A DNA stretch of 64,000 bases from Candidatus Woesearchaeota archaeon (GCA_018303325.1 JAGVYH010000067.1:4167-68166), one strand, 5' to 3'. Positions 28,779 through 42,627 are shown, counted from the first letter of the stretch. Notes: generated by a model not told the origin, from the letters alone. Made by a program: numbers and translations.

Positions 28779-30017
28779 ATGATTAAATTAAAACGAACTC
28801 TTAACTTATTTTGGATCACGTGCGCTGTTACAGGTATTATTGTCGGCGCAGGTATTTACGCATTAATTGGTAAAGGCGCAGGTTACAGCGGCAATATGCT
28901 CTGGCTGAGCTTCTTACTTGCGGCAATAATTGCTTCATTTACTGGATTAAGTTATTGTGAATTGTCGTCAAGATATCCTAAAACAGGCGGGGAGTACGTT
29001 TATTTATCTAATATTTTCAATAAAAAGATTGGAACTATAATAGGGTTGCTGATTGTCCTTATAGGGATTTTAAGCAGCGCAACCATTGCTTTTGGTTTTG
29101 GCGGATATTTTAATGCATTAACATCATTGCCAGCGCTTTGGGCAGCGATTATATTAATATTAATTGTTGCTGTTATCAATTACATCGGCGTCAAATTTAC
29201 TATGTGGTTTAATTTTATTGCAACCTTTTTCGAGGTTATTGGCTTAATAATAATTTTAGTGTTAGGTGTAAAATTCTTTGGAAAAGTTGATTATTTTGAA
29301 TATTCTGCTGCAAAAGGTATGTTTGGGATTTTTTCAGCAATAGGTATAATCTTTTTTGCATATTTAGGTTTTGAAAGTATGGTAAATTTAAGTGAAGAAA
29401 CAAAACATGCAAGAATTATAATTCCAAAAGGATTGATTTTAGGCATGATAATCAGTGCAATATTATATGTCCTTGTTGCGATTTCTGTTGTCAGCATTGT
29501 TCCTTATAACGAATTATCCTCAACAAATGCCCCATTAAGCCTGGTTGTAAAAACAGCATTAAATTCAGATATAGGAAATTATTTTTCTATCATTGCATTG
29601 TTTTCAACATTCAATACTGTTTTATTGGTGTTTATAGCTGCAACAAGGGTTCTTTACAGCATAAGCAGAGATATAAATCCATTAACTTTTTTTAGTAGGA
29701 TTAATAGAAAAACAAGAACACCATATAATTCAATCTTAATTGTTGCAGTGATTGGTATTATTTTTCTGTTAGTTACTGAAATAAAAATAGCAGCGCAATT
29801 GACAGACATTGTTGTGTTAAGTGTTTTTACTATGGTTAATGTTGCGCTTATAAAATCAAGGTACACTGATAGTAAGAAAAAAAGAAAGGAATTGGAAGCA
29901 GGCCATTATTTTAAAGCACCTTTGAATATTGGAAGATTTCCATTTCTTGCATTATTAGGTGCTATCACAAGCATAATAATACTTCTTATTACATTATATG
30001 ATATATTTTGGTTGTAA
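28779..30017 (+). CDS. Amino acid/polyamine permease (APC superfamily), 12 TM
   Basis: Long hydrophobic ORF; GxG..SGxxxxxG-like N-terminus typical of APC transporters. Confidence 0.8.
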   Translation: MIKLKRTLNLFWITCAVTGIIVGAGIYALIGKGAGYSGNMLWLSFLLAAIIASFTGLSYCELSSRYPKTGGEYVYLSNIFNKKIGTIIGLLIVLIGILSSATIAFGFGGYFNALTSLPALWAAIILILIVAVINYIGVKFTMWFNFIATFFEVIGLIIILVLGVKFFGKVDYFEYSAAKGMFGIFSAIGIIFFAYLGFESMVNLSEETKHARIIIPKGLILGMIISAILYVLVAISVVSIVPYNELSSTNAPLSLVVKTALNSDIGNYFSIIALFSTFNTVLLVFIAATRVLYSISRDINPLTFFSRINRKTRTPYNSILIVAVIGIIFLLVTEIKIAAQLTDIVVLSVFTMVNVALIKSRYTDSKKKRKELEAGHYFKAPLNIGRFPFLALLGAITSIIILLITLYDIFWL

Positions 30018-30030
30018 ATCTTAGAAGATA

Positions 30031-30792
30031 TCACTTTTGACATACATAAAAAATAGGTGGGTGTGTTCTAACGTCTGTTTTAGAAATTTGCAAGTTTCCA
30101 TTTGTCTCGAGAATTTTGAATCCTGTCTTTTTAATTTCTCTTTCAACTTCTTTTACAGAGGGGATATGGATATATTGCTGTGTTTTGTAAGTCTTTTTGT
30201 TATCACTTGATTCTCTGTCAAAAAACCTGTCGCCAAAATCTTGCTCCCAAATATTAAATCCTAATGATTTCAATATGTAAAACCTTATCCAATGTTTAAT
30301 CCAGAAAAAAGAAAATTCTAAATTAAAAACTCTCGGATGCGCTGTAAATATGAAAATTCCCCCCTTTTTCAAGATCCTATGCACTTCTTTAAGTGCTTTT
30401 AATCTGTTCATATTATTGGGAATTTGTGTCCATCCCTGATTTGAAAAAAGAGCATAATCAAAGGAGGTTTCATTAAAGTTGAGATTGGTGGCGTCGCCAA
30501 TTCTATAATCTATTTTCAAATTCATTTTTTTGGCAATTTTCTTTGCATTTATAATCATTGCAGGAACAAGATCTATGCCAACTATTTTGAAACACATTTT
30601 GGAGAGTGGTATTGTTGTTCTTCCAGTTCCACAACCAATATCTAAGAGTTTTGCGTTTTTCTTTTTAAAGTATTTTTTAATAAAGTGAAGTTCAGAAATC
30701 CATAACCCCTCTTTTGCTTTTTTGATATAAAGTAGTTGAGCATTTTCACCTGAAAATTCTTCAACAACTAGTTTTTTAATATCAGTAGTCAT
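30031..30792 (-). CDS. Class I SAM-dependent methyltransferase
   Basis: Motif [12 protein letters not shown], motif [10 protein letters not shown]. Confidence 0.75.
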   Translation of the reverse strand: MTTDIKKLVVEEFSGENAQLLYIKKAKEGLWISELHFIKKYFKKKNAKLLDIGCGTGRTTIPLSKMCFKIVGIDLVPAMIINAKKIAKKMNLKIDYRIGDATNLNFNETSFDYALFSNQGWTQIPNNMNRLKALKEVHRILKKGGIFIFTAHPRVFNLEFSFFWIKHWIRFYILKSLGFNIWEQDFGDRFFDRESSDNKKTYKTQQYIHIPSVKEVEREIKKTGFKILETNGNLQISKTDVRTHPPIFYVCQK

Positions 30793-30863
30793 AGTTCTAA
30801 TAAGAATTAAAATGTTTATAATGTTTTCGCTTATAAACGAAAAAGATAGTTTAATTCAATGAT

Positions 30864-31060
30864 AATGGGTTTTAAATCTCGCAGCTCTGCTGCGATTGGA
30901 ATTTTTACTGATTATATAATTGAAGGCGTATAACCTCACCCCTTGGGGCGATGGCGTTACGCCTTCAATTATCCCAAGAATTTGCCCTATATAATGTGAG
31001 CCTAAAACCTCGCCATTTATGGCGAGGATAGGCGAACACATACAAAAGGGCAAATTCTTG
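30864..31060 (+). ncRNA. GC-enriched multi-hairpin region directly upstream of RFC, either a structured leader or an independent small RNA
   Basis: Hairpin AATCTCGCAGC-TCT-GCTGCGATT. Hairpin ATTGAAGGCGTA...TACGCCTTCAAT (30915..30970). A 14-bp long-range stem CAAGAATTTGCCCT/AGGGCAAATTCTTG (30975..31058) encloses CCTCGCCATTTATGGCGAGG. TATA-like CTATATAAT sits at 30988. Confidence 0.4.
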
Positions 31061-31062
31061 TT

Positions 31063-32124
31063 ATGTTAGAAAGAATCTTTTCCATTTCCAATAAATATTT
31101 AAACATGTTGGCTGTCTTGAAACACATGGAAAAAGACAAAGATGCAGACAATGATAATAATGTGCAGAAAGATACAGCGATATGGATAGAGAAGTACAGA
31201 CCAGGCACATTCACAGAAATAAAAGGACAGGATGATATTAAAAAAAAGGTTCAGGCATTCATCAAGCAGGGTAATATGCCGCATTTAATGTTCTCTGGTC
31301 CTGCTGGTACAGGCAAATCAACAATGGCTATAGTTGTTGCGAAGAAAATGTTTGGCGAAAACTGGAGACAGAATTTCTTGGAGCTGAATGCGTCGGATGA
31401 AAGGGGAATTGATGTCGTGAGACACAAGGTCAAAGATTTTGCGCGAACACGTGCACTAGGCAATGTGCCTTTTAAAATAATTTTTCTGGATGAAAGCGAT
31501 GCTCTTACAAAAGAAGCACAGCAGGCATTAAGAAGAACCATGGAGAATTATACCACAACTTGCAGGTTTATACTTTCAAACAATTATTCTTCAAAGATTA
31601 TTGATCCTATTCAAAGTAGATGCACTTTGTTTAGATTCAGGCCATTGGAGAAAAAGGATGTTTTGGCAATCATAGAAAATATTGAAGGAAAAGAAAAATT
31701 AAAGATTGACTCAAAAGCAAAAGAAGCATTGTTTGAAATCAGCGAAGGCGACTGCCGAAAATTAGAAAATATACTTCAAAGCTGCGCTGCACTTGATGAA
31801 AAAATAACAGAAGAATTAGTATTTTCAATGGCATCTATCGCGAAGCCTGCGGAAGTCAAGGATATCCTTGAGCTTGCAGTAAAGAACAGGTTTATTGATG
31901 CAAGAAACAAGCTTTTAGACATAATGCTGAAGTATGGGTTAAGCGGCCAGGATATAATCAAACAGATTCAAAAACAGATTTTAGATCTCAATATTGACGA
32001 CAGAATGAAAGTGCATATGATAGACAAATGCGGAGAGATTGAGTTTAGAATGACAGAAGGCAGTGATGAGTATCTGCAGTTAGAGGCGTTATTGGCGAAT
32101 TTTACGCTGTGTAATTTAAAATAG
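31063..32124 (+). CDS. rfcS: Replication factor C small subunit (probable start at the internal Met near 31126)
   Basis: IWIEKYRPGTFTEIKGQDD, Walker A FSGPAGTGKST, DEAD-like FLDESDAL, SRC-like ILSNNYSSKIIDPIQSRC. Confidence 0.9.
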   Translation: MLERIFSISNKYLNMLAVLKHMEKDKDADNDNNVQKDTAIWIEKYRPGTFTEIKGQDDIKKKVQAFIKQGNMPHLMFSGPAGTGKSTMAIVVAKKMFGENWRQNFLELNASDERGIDVVRHKVKDFARTRALGNVPFKIIFLDESDALTKEAQQALRRTMENYTTTCRFILSNNYSSKIIDPIQSRCTLFRFRPLEKKDVLAIIENIEGKEKLKIDSKAKEALFEISEGDCRKLENILQSCAALDEKITEELVFSMASIAKPAEVKDILELAVKNRFIDARNKLLDIMLKYGLSGQDIIKQIQKQILDLNIDDRMKVHMIDKCGEIEFRMTEGSDEYLQLEALLANFTLCNLK

Positions 32125-32198
32125 ATTGAAATATAGATAACGATTAATAAGTTCTGGAAGACAAGAAAATAAAAAATAAGAATAAAGAATAGAAAAAT

Positions 32199-33134
32199 CT
32201 ACGTCAGCTCAGGATTTTCTCTTATTCTCACTGTTTGGCTTACAAAGTCCCAGTAGATATAAGTTAGTTTCAAGTCAAAGGTGCTTGTGTAAATCTCATT
32301 TTCAGCAATAGGATTTAAGAATCCATACTTGCATCTGATTACTGTTTCACCGTTTTTAGTAATTCTTACTAAGTCACCAGTGCCCTTTGCAGTGCATTCC
32401 CATCCGTCTGGAACCTGCATTAAAACCTCGTCGTACATTGGCGAAAATTCTTCGAATGTGCTATCGCTTGCTTTTGCCTTGCCGCCGCCGACATTTCTGA
32501 TAGGTATTTCCAAACTGATTCTTCCTTTGCCAGCAGGTCTTTGAATAACTGTACCTATCTGCAATGGTCCGCCAGAGATAAATCCTTGTTTTCCTTCGTC
32601 AATATTACATATCGTAGTTTCATAAGGATTACCTTTGAAACAAACTTTTGGCACAACTATTGTCTGCTCGTAAGGATAAGTGTATTCGACAAATACATTA
32701 GCATCGTAGAATGTTCCTTTGACGCCGCTTACATAAAATGCCTCACCGAAATCAACTAATTCCTCACCACCGTCTGGCAGATATTCAGAAACCTTTTCTA
32801 TCTCTTTAGAATTTGTTTTAACTGGTTCTATACCTTGGAAATCTTCTGGAATTTTTATGCCTTTAATAGCAAACTGAACCATGCCAGCTGGAACAGTATA
32901 TTCTCCTCTGTTGCTAACCCTCACTACAACAGGAATACCCTGATCTTCCCATATTTCTGGCAAACCAGACTGACTGATTAACGAGCCAACATCTTCAAAT
33001 TGTGAAATTAAACCTTCACTGCCACCCATATACGGCGAAGAAACACCTGACTCCAATCTGTTAGTGCATCCAATAACAATTAAAGATAAAGCTAAAACAC
33101 CAATAATTAAGTATCTTAATAATTTCATGTTCAT
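32199..33134 (-). CDS. Secreted lipoprotein-like protein, paralog family (1 of 3)
   Basis: Signal peptide plus Cys (LIVIGC). Conserved block GGPLQIGTVIQRPAGKGRISLEIPIRNVGGG shared with the 33361 and 34382 genes. Confidence 0.6.
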   Translation of the reverse strand: MNMKLLRYLIIGVLALSLIVIGCTNRLESGVSSPYMGGSEGLISQFEDVGSLISQSGLPEIWEDQGIPVVVRVSNRGEYTVPAGMVQFAIKGIKIPEDFQGIEPVKTNSKEIEKVSEYLPDGGEELVDFGEAFYVSGVKGTFYDANVFVEYTYPYEQTIVVPKVCFKGNPYETTICNIDEGKQGFISGGPLQIGTVIQRPAGKGRISLEIPIRNVGGGKAKASDSTFEEFSPMYDEVLMQVPDGWECTAKGTGDLVRITKNGETVIRCKYGFLNPIAENEIYTSTFDLKLTYIYWDFVSQTVRIRENPELT

Positions 33135-33360
33135 CCTCCTCTTTTTCTAATCAGTTTAGTAATTTTACTTTTATTATCTAATCTTAATAAGCCTTTTAAG
33201 GTTAAGTATATTTATCCTTAATAAATCTTTTTATTTATGAATATATAAATTTTTGGTTGTTTAGTTGTATTCACGCATTGTTTCATGCAATTTCTTCTCT
33301 TTCTTAATTGAAATTAAGTGTTTTTCCAGTTATATGTTTTTATTCTGAAACTGAGTAAAC

Positions 33361-34341
33361 CTATTCCCACCCACTGTTTTGTTCTTGGCCAGTATAAAAC
33401 GGGTTTATAACTTCTATTTGTTTGTTTATTGAAGTGCTATACCCATAATTAAGTGTAATCTCCATTTCAGTGGTGTATGAGTAGGTTCCAAATCCTTTAG
33501 GAAGGTAACATAATGCAACGCCTTTCCCGTCAATTAATTTTACTCTGCCATTGTTTGTACATTCTGCATAGCCTAACGCAGATATTCTTGCTTCAATGAC
33601 TAATTCATCAATATCAGTTAAACCTATATTTGTTGGACAGTCATTAAGATGGTCTTCTTTGATAATTACTCCTTTGCCGACATTAGCAATATGTATCAAA
33701 AACTGTAATTGGTCATTACTCATGCTTGGCTCAATATAAGTTACTGCAACTGGTGCTCCTTGTGTTGATAAAGAAGTTGGCTCAATCCTGCAGGTTGATG
33801 TGCCTTTAACATATTCGTCTATATTAGGGATAATACAAACAGGCAAGGTTGCTTTGGTTTGATAATTATAACAAGTACTGAACATAATATTTGTTTTGTA
33901 AGAAGAGCCATAAGGCACTTTTAATGGCTGCAACTCTTCTATTTTGATAATTTTAGATTCGCCATCAGTATATTGATTTTTGGCTAAAAGAAAAGGCAGC
34001 TCTTTTTTTTGCTCGCTAAAAAATATTGCAGACGGGTCATAACCACTTATGGCAATATGTCCCATTGGCTCGTCATACCTGCCCTGATTGCTTATTTCAA
34101 GCACTATGTTAAGATTTTGGCCTTGTATAAACCTATCTCCTTTGTTTACGTCTAACATTTCAATTCTAATGCCTTCTGTTCCTGTACCATAATCTTTTGA
34201 TGATTGAATTGAACAGGAAATTAAAAATAATGAAAATAATAAAAGTAATAAAATAAGGATATAGTTACTTAAATGAGATATTTTTTTATTATTAGATTGC
34301 ATTGTTTTATTATGAAGTGTATTACCTATATTATTCATCAT
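33361..34341 (-). CDS. Secreted protein, paralog family (2 of 3)
   Basis: Signal peptide. STCYNYQTKATLPVCIIPNIDEY and TQGAPVAVTYIEP...IHIANVGKG match blocks in the 34382 gene. Confidence 0.6.
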   Translation of the reverse strand: MMNNIGNTLHNKTMQSNNKKISHLSNYILILLLLLFSLFLISCSIQSSKDYGTGTEGIRIEMLDVNKGDRFIQGQNLNIVLEISNQGRYDEPMGHIAISGYDPSAIFFSEQKKELPFLLAKNQYTDGESKIIKIEELQPLKVPYGSSYKTNIMFSTCYNYQTKATLPVCIIPNIDEYVKGTSTCRIEPTSLSTQGAPVAVTYIEPSMSNDQLQFLIHIANVGKGVIIKEDHLNDCPTNIGLTDIDELVIEARISALGYAECTNNGRVKLIDGKGVALCYLPKGFGTYSYTTEMEITLNYGYSTSINKQIEVINPFYTGQEQNSGWE

Positions 34342-34381
34342 TTTAATAGTTTTTAATAGTTTTTAATCATTTTTAATATTT

Positions 34382-35458
34382 CTAACCATAAGTGCCAAAT
34401 CGCTTTATTTTTATTTGCTGAGATTTTGATAATGTATAGCCATAATCAACAACTATCTTCATTTGCGTCGAGATTGTGCCAATATCTGCAGTAATTGGCT
34501 GTTTAGTAATACACTTTATTTCAGCCTTTCTATTTTTCAGTTTTGTTTCTTTTTGTTTATTTGAGAATGTACATTCAATATTGCTATTCTCGTCGTCTCT
34601 GTCAAATTTGTATACGCCATTCAAAAATTCAACACTTTTGAGATGGATAACATTAAACGCATTTGATGGCAGATGAGAAGATGTACAAACTTTGTCAATC
34701 ATATCTTTGTGTATGACTTCGCCGTTTCCTGAATTTTGTAAGGTAATAATAAACATTGGTCTGACTGAATTTTTTCCTTCTGATAACATCTGTGTTTCTA
34801 TTTTTGTGATTGCCAATGGAGCGCCTTGGCCTGAGAAACTTTTACTCTCGACTTTGCATGGTTTTTCAATCACACCCAATTCATAAAAAAACGGGTCAAT
34901 GCATACTTCTGTAATCAAATCTGTTTTATATTGATAGCAGGCACTTACACCTATGTTTGAAGTGTGTTCAAAACTCTGCTTGTCAATTGGTCTGGTAAGA
35001 ACATAATATTCTATTAATTCAAAATCACCTGGTGGATTTGCCATTGATTTGCCTTTTAACTGCTGTTCCTGCAAACTTTCACCAAGCATTCTTATTGTAT
35101 CTGTTCCGTCTGAACATTGTTTAGCGCCCGGATCTGAAAGACACATATAATCCCTTTCAAGATTTATGTTCACATACCCCTGCCCTGGAAGAATGTCATA
35201 TGCACCTTTATTAAATATGTTCACAGCCAATTTAAATGCAGTATCTTCATAAATTTCAGGCATTAAACCAATAATATCGAAATCAACACCATTTGTTCCT
35301 TTATGAAATTCTATATCCAGTACATGTTTCTCGTCGCCATAGCCACCACTGCATGCAGTTAACAATGTGAAGATTAGTGTGAAGATTAAAATAAGTAATA
35401 ATATTATCATTCTTGTGTATATCAATTTAATATATAATTTTCTTGGCATAGTTAACAT
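34382..35458 (-). CDS. Secreted protein, paralog family (3 of 3)
   Basis: Signal peptide plus lipobox-like LLTACSG. VSACYQYKTDLITEVCIDP and SGQGAPLAITKIETQ...ITLQNSGNGEV. Confidence 0.6.
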   Translation of the reverse strand: MLTMPRKLYIKLIYTRMIILLLILIFTLIFTLLTACSGGYGDEKHVLDIEFHKGTNGVDFDIIGLMPEIYEDTAFKLAVNIFNKGAYDILPGQGYVNINLERDYMCLSDPGAKQCSDGTDTIRMLGESLQEQQLKGKSMANPPGDFELIEYYVLTRPIDKQSFEHTSNIGVSACYQYKTDLITEVCIDPFFYELGVIEKPCKVESKSFSGQGAPLAITKIETQMLSEGKNSVRPMFIITLQNSGNGEVIHKDMIDKVCTSSHLPSNAFNVIHLKSVEFLNGVYKFDRDDENSNIECTFSNKQKETKLKNRKAEIKCITKQPITADIGTISTQMKIVVDYGYTLSKSQQIKIKRFGTYG

Positions 35459-35493
35459 ATTCTTACCTTTTTAGTGTTATAAGACTATTTTTT

Positions 35494-38739
<3,246 letters not shown>

Positions 38740-38888
38740 AATCTGCCTCTTTTTTTGATAGATTTATCTATTTACTCTTATTTTTATTATTATTGTTTTT
38801 AAAGTTATTGATATTTATTATTGTATAGACACTAATTTATAGCAAATTTACTAAATATTTATATAATTATGGCTATTCATTAAACTTT

Positions 38889-39344
38889 ATGCAAAAAAAA
38901 GTGATAGTAAAAGAAGCCACATTTGATGATGTTGTGAAAGTAAACAAAACCATTTTAGAGTTTGACACTTCTTATAATAAAGAATATTTCAAAGAAAGAT
39001 GTGGCGATAAAAAGAGATTGATTATTGTGTCTTATCTCCAAGTGCACATAAAAGAACTGCCAATTGGCTACATTGTTGCATATGACAGATTTGGCAAGGG
39101 TTCATTTTATTGCTGGATGGCTGCGGTAGATCCAAAATACAGAGGGAAAGGTGCATTAAAAGCCATGATAAAGTATCTTGAAACATGGGCAAAGAAAAAA
39201 GGTTACAGGCAATTAAGAATAAAAACAAGAAACAGACGACGGGAAATGTTAAATTATCTTGTAAAATATGGATATAATTTTGTTGATGTTATTAAAAAAG
39301 AAGATATTTTAGAAAACAGAATTCTGTTGCAAAAAGAGATTTAA
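38889..39344 (+). CDS. GNAT-family N-acetyltransferase
   Basis: Acetyl-CoA binding motif A RGKGALKAMIKYLETWAKKKGY. Confidence 0.7.
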   Translation: MQKKVIVKEATFDDVVKVNKTILEFDTSYNKEYFKERCGDKKRLIIVSYLQVHIKELPIGYIVAYDRFGKGSFYCWMAAVDPKYRGKGALKAMIKYLETWAKKKGYRQLRIKTRNRRREMLNYLVKYGYNFVDVIKKEDILENRILLQKEI

Positions 39345-39416
39345 ATGGTTTTAAACAGTTATAGAATAATCAATTAATATATCATTTTATTGCCAATGTT
39401 TATATGGTCTTAAAAA

Positions 39417-40463
39417 TCAAAAAAACTCTCCCAAACCTTTCTGTTTCATATCTTTTGTTTCCATCAGCTTAGCCAAGGTTTTTTCTACTCTTTCTTTATC
39501 AAAATCATGCTTATCGCATAAAAATGCCATTAATTTATTTGGCTCGGGTTTGGCAAACTTGATAGAATAGGTTTTTTCAACAGGCATTTGCCTGAAAGTT
39601 TCATAAACATCCTGCCATGGATAATCAAAGTAATCCTGCCATTTGACTTCTTTGAAAAGTAGATTATAATCTTCTGGTGATTTGGCATGTTTGTATTGCT
39701 TAACTAACTTTAATGCTTTTTGTGGACCAATACCTTTTATTCCGCCAATATTGTAATCAGTGCCGACGAGCATTGATAAAATAAGCAATTGCTCATTTGA
39801 AATGCCCAAAGACTTCAAATTATCGTCAAGGTTTATTAATTCCGGCTTAATAGCAGTATATCCTAATGCACTGTTTTTTTTTCTTTTTCCTGCGATTGAT
39901 AAATTTCTAATTATATTGGGTGCACCATACAACAAAGAATCAAAATCCTGGCTTACACTGGCAAATGCGTCATTTTGCTTGACAATGTATGCTGCCTGTG
40001 CTTCTCCCTCTGAAGCTGCCTGAATAATAGGCAAACCTAAACAAGTTATAAGTTCTTTTGCATCATCAACCATTTCACTTGTTAATTTAGTTGTTCTTGC
40101 TGCATATTTTTTCATTGAAGTAATATCTTCCCTTTCTTTTGCGATTTCATATTCTTTCTTTGCTTCTGCTTTCAGTTCAGATCTTCTTTTTCTTTCATAT
40201 ATTTTTAATTTAGGGGGAGGACCATCGAAAACAAACACAGGTTTTAAACCAAGTTCCATAAATGTTGTCACACGCGAAAATAAGCCAATTAGATGGGATG
40301 TCACATTACCTTTGCTGTCTGTCAATAAACTTCCGTCGGAAGAACGTATTGTTGTCAAGAATTGGTACAGCATGTTAAAACTATCAACAGCAAGAATTTT
40401 GTTATTTAAATCATTCATGCTTATTTCTTTTGATATAATCAAATCTTTAATTGCTATGCCCAT
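39417..40463 (-). CDS. fen: Flap endonuclease FEN-1 (start at the internal MGIAIKDL; the long ORF to 40541 has a 26-aa spurious extension)
   Basis: XPG-N/XPG-I motifs MGIAIKDLI, VFVFDGPPPKLK, GLPIIQAASEGEAQAAY, H3TH LVGTDYN, C-terminal PIP-like LGEFF. Confidence 0.9.
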   Translation of the reverse strand: MGIAIKDLIISKEISMNDLNNKILAVDSFNMLYQFLTTIRSSDGSLLTDSKGNVTSHLIGLFSRVTTFMELGLKPVFVFDGPPPKLKIYERKRRSELKAEAKKEYEIAKEREDITSMKKYAARTTKLTSEMVDDAKELITCLGLPIIQAASEGEAQAAYIVKQNDAFASVSQDFDSLLYGAPNIIRNLSIAGKRKKNSALGYTAIKPELINLDDNLKSLGISNEQLLILSMLVGTDYNIGGIKGIGPQKALKLVKQYKHAKSPEDYNLLFKEVKWQDYFDYPWQDVYETFRQMPVEKTYSIKFAKPEPNKLMAFLCDKHDFDKERVEKTLAKLMETKDMKQKGLGEFF

Positions 40464-40537
40464 TTTAGTAATGTTTAGTAACGCATAATGTGTTGATGAT
40501 GTGTTGATAATTGTTTGATAATTGAATTGTACAAAAC

Positions 40538-41248
40538 TCACTTAACTATTAGTGTAAAATCAAAAAAATGATAATCATGTGTAAACGGCTCTTCTACTGT
40601 TTCTGTTTTAAGCCTAAATTTGTATGTACCGGCAAAGGTAAGCTTGCCTTCATTGTTTGCTTTCTCACCAATCGAAACAATTAAAGGGATATAAGCAATT
40701 TCATTTTTTCCTAAAGTGTATTGTTTGTTAGTATCAGTATACTTTGAAAACCAGCTAAGTACAGTATCATCTGCGCCACCATTGCTTAAAGAAACGGTTT
40801 TTGATTCAAGCAGTTGGATGGTATATTTAAACGTTGCAGGTTTAACATTAGTATTTTTTATGCCGAAGGCATATGTATATGCCCCACCGACAGGAACTTG
40901 ATCATTAATGCCTAACATTTGAGGGAATATCGCTGTTTTCTGCGTCATTAACATTTCTTTAAGGATATCTTTTTGTGCCTGTGTTAACTCCAACTGCGGC
41001 TTTGCTTCTTGCTGTGTTTCTTTAACAGATTCTTTTGGTATTTCAGCTGATTTTGTTTCCTGTGTTTGCTCTGATGGAATATTATTTGTCTCTTCGGAAA
41101 CTTGCGGTGTTTCAGTTTTACACTGTACAGCATCATTAACTGTTGTTCCGTCTGTGCATACATATTGCTTTGCACAACCTAAAACAAAAATAAAAATCAT
41201 CAGAATAACACAGAATGCTATTTTTACTATCTTTTTCATAAAATTCAC
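40538..41248 (-). CDS. Secreted lipoprotein, hypothetical
   Basis: Signal peptide plus LGCAK lipobox, Thr/Gln/Glu-rich linker, beta-rich C-terminal domain. Confidence 0.5.
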   Translation of the reverse strand: MNFMKKIVKIAFCVILMIFIFVLGCAKQYVCTDGTTVNDAVQCKTETPQVSEETNNIPSEQTQETKSAEIPKESVKETQQEAKPQLELTQAQKDILKEMLMTQKTAIFPQMLGINDQVPVGGAYTYAFGIKNTNVKPATFKYTIQLLESKTVSLSNGGADDTVLSWFSKYTDTNKQYTLGKNEIAYIPLIVSIGEKANNEGKLTFAGTYKFRLKTETVEEPFTHDYHFFDFTLIVK

Positions 41249-41299
41249 CCCATTATTTTCTTTCTAAACAAACTCGATAATAGTATAGTTTTAAGTTTT

Positions 41300-41402
41300 A
41301 TAATATACTAAACCATAATTAGTTTTTCTAACTAATTATGGTTTGTATATACAAAACGGAAATGAAAGTTCGGAATTTCATTTCCGTTTTAGTATATTTA
41401 AT
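41300..41402 (+). repeat. Repeat family D, copy D4: two perfect hairpins inside ATATACAAAA...TTTTAGTATAT arms
   Basis: AAACCATAATTAG-ttttt-CTAACTAATTATGGTTT, then gtatatacaaaaCGGAAATGAAAgttcggaaTTTCATTTCCGttttagtatattta. Confidence 0.6.
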
Positions 41403-42480
41403 TCAAAAACACTATTTTCATATTTCTAAATTCTGTAGTTAATATAGATTGCGCTTTTTTAGTAACCTCGCCGGTTGTTATAAACAAAACAGGCAGATTT
41501 TTTTTCTGGCCTTTGACATAAGCGCTCGCTAAGTCTCCTTCATTGCACTTTTTCTTTGTTTTTATTTTGCACAAATATTCTATTTTGCCAACAGGCGAAG
41601 GCACTTCTGCCATACAATCAATTTCTTTATTTTTTTTAATAATCTCGACATCACCAAAAGTTATATTATTCTCATTAAAATATAGTTTTAATTTTAAAAA
41701 TAGTTCATCTTTAATAGAGTCATGTTTAATATTGGTTTGTGGCTTGGTTAATGATTGTAATGATTGCTGCTCTTTAACTTCTTTAATATTATCTTGAATA
41801 AATGATTCTGAGATTCCAGAAATCCCTAAAGCAGATTGTTTTTTCTTAATTTTTTCTGTATCTTTTTCTCCTTTATCTTTCTCTTCATCAGTTATTGCCT
41901 TAATTGTTTCTTTCTCTGATTGATTAATTTCAGTAAGAGGATATTCTTTCAAGATTGTTTTTTGTATAATGAGAGGTTCTGCCTTTAAATCGGGTTTAAT
42001 CTCTTTTTGTAGTTCATCCTGTGGTTGTTTAAGCATTAGATGCTGCTGTATAAATGCAACGCATTCTTCCTGCGCCAATAAATACCAACCCCAAAATAAT
42101 TCAGTCGTATTGTCAACAGTAACCTGTAAAGGCCTTGCATAATCAGGGATATAACGCAGAGAAACTCTTAATAAGGGTGTTAATTCATTATCCTTCAATA
42201 CCTTTTTTTCTTTTAATAAGTTATAGGCTTTGATGTCTTTTTCATTTAAATGTTTATTAAGTTCCTGCAATCTTGCTTTTTGTTCAGGAAGATAATAAAA
42301 AGGGCTACCGCCAATCTTAACAGTTGTTATGAGAAGCTTTCCATTTGCAACAAGCTCTGATAATGTTGCACCCATCATAAATGTGTCTGAGCCAAAAGAT
42401 TTAACAAGATCTTTTGGGATAACCGGCCCTTTGGTTTTAATAAATTGTATAATTTTATCTTTGTCTATTGTTTGATACAT
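41398..42480 (-). CDS. Hypothetical protein: N-terminal winged-helix-like region plus C-terminal PD-(D/E)xK nuclease-like motif
   Basis: N-terminus KIIQFIKTKGPVIPKDLVKSF...LSELVANGKLL. C-terminus DVEII...EIDCMAEV...KIEYLCKIK. Assignment tentative. Confidence 0.35.
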   Translation of the reverse strand: MYQTIDKDKIIQFIKTKGPVIPKDLVKSFGSDTFMMGATLSELVANGKLLITTVKIGGSPFYYLPEQKARLQELNKHLNEKDIKAYNLLKEKKVLKDNELTPLLRVSLRYIPDYARPLQVTVDNTTELFWGWYLLAQEECVAFIQQHLMLKQPQDELQKEIKPDLKAEPLIIQKTILKEYPLTEINQSEKETIKAITDEEKDKGEKDTEKIKKKQSALGISGISESFIQDNIKEVKEQQSLQSLTKPQTNIKHDSIKDELFLKLKLYFNENNITFGDVEIIKKNKEIDCMAEVPSPVGKIEYLCKIKTKKKCNEGDLASAYVKGQKKNLPVLFITTGEVTKKAQSILTTEFRNMKIVFLN

Positions 42481-42627
42481 AGCTCGATGGGGTTAAAGAA
42501 TGTTTATATATTTATTGTAAATTTAATGGGGATGATTTATTCAATTCATCATGGTTTATAAGATTAGGCACTTGTTAAAGCAAGGATTTGTTAGCTGATT
42601 TCTTGTTTTTAAATCTCTTTTTCTTGT

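Noticed and set aside
28486-28819. Minus-strand ORFs 28486..28680 and 28625..28819, and similarly 30856..31053 and 31017..31214
   Set aside because: They overlap dense hairpin arrays and intergenic leader regions. The stop-free frames arise from palindromic symmetry. No homology or translation signals.
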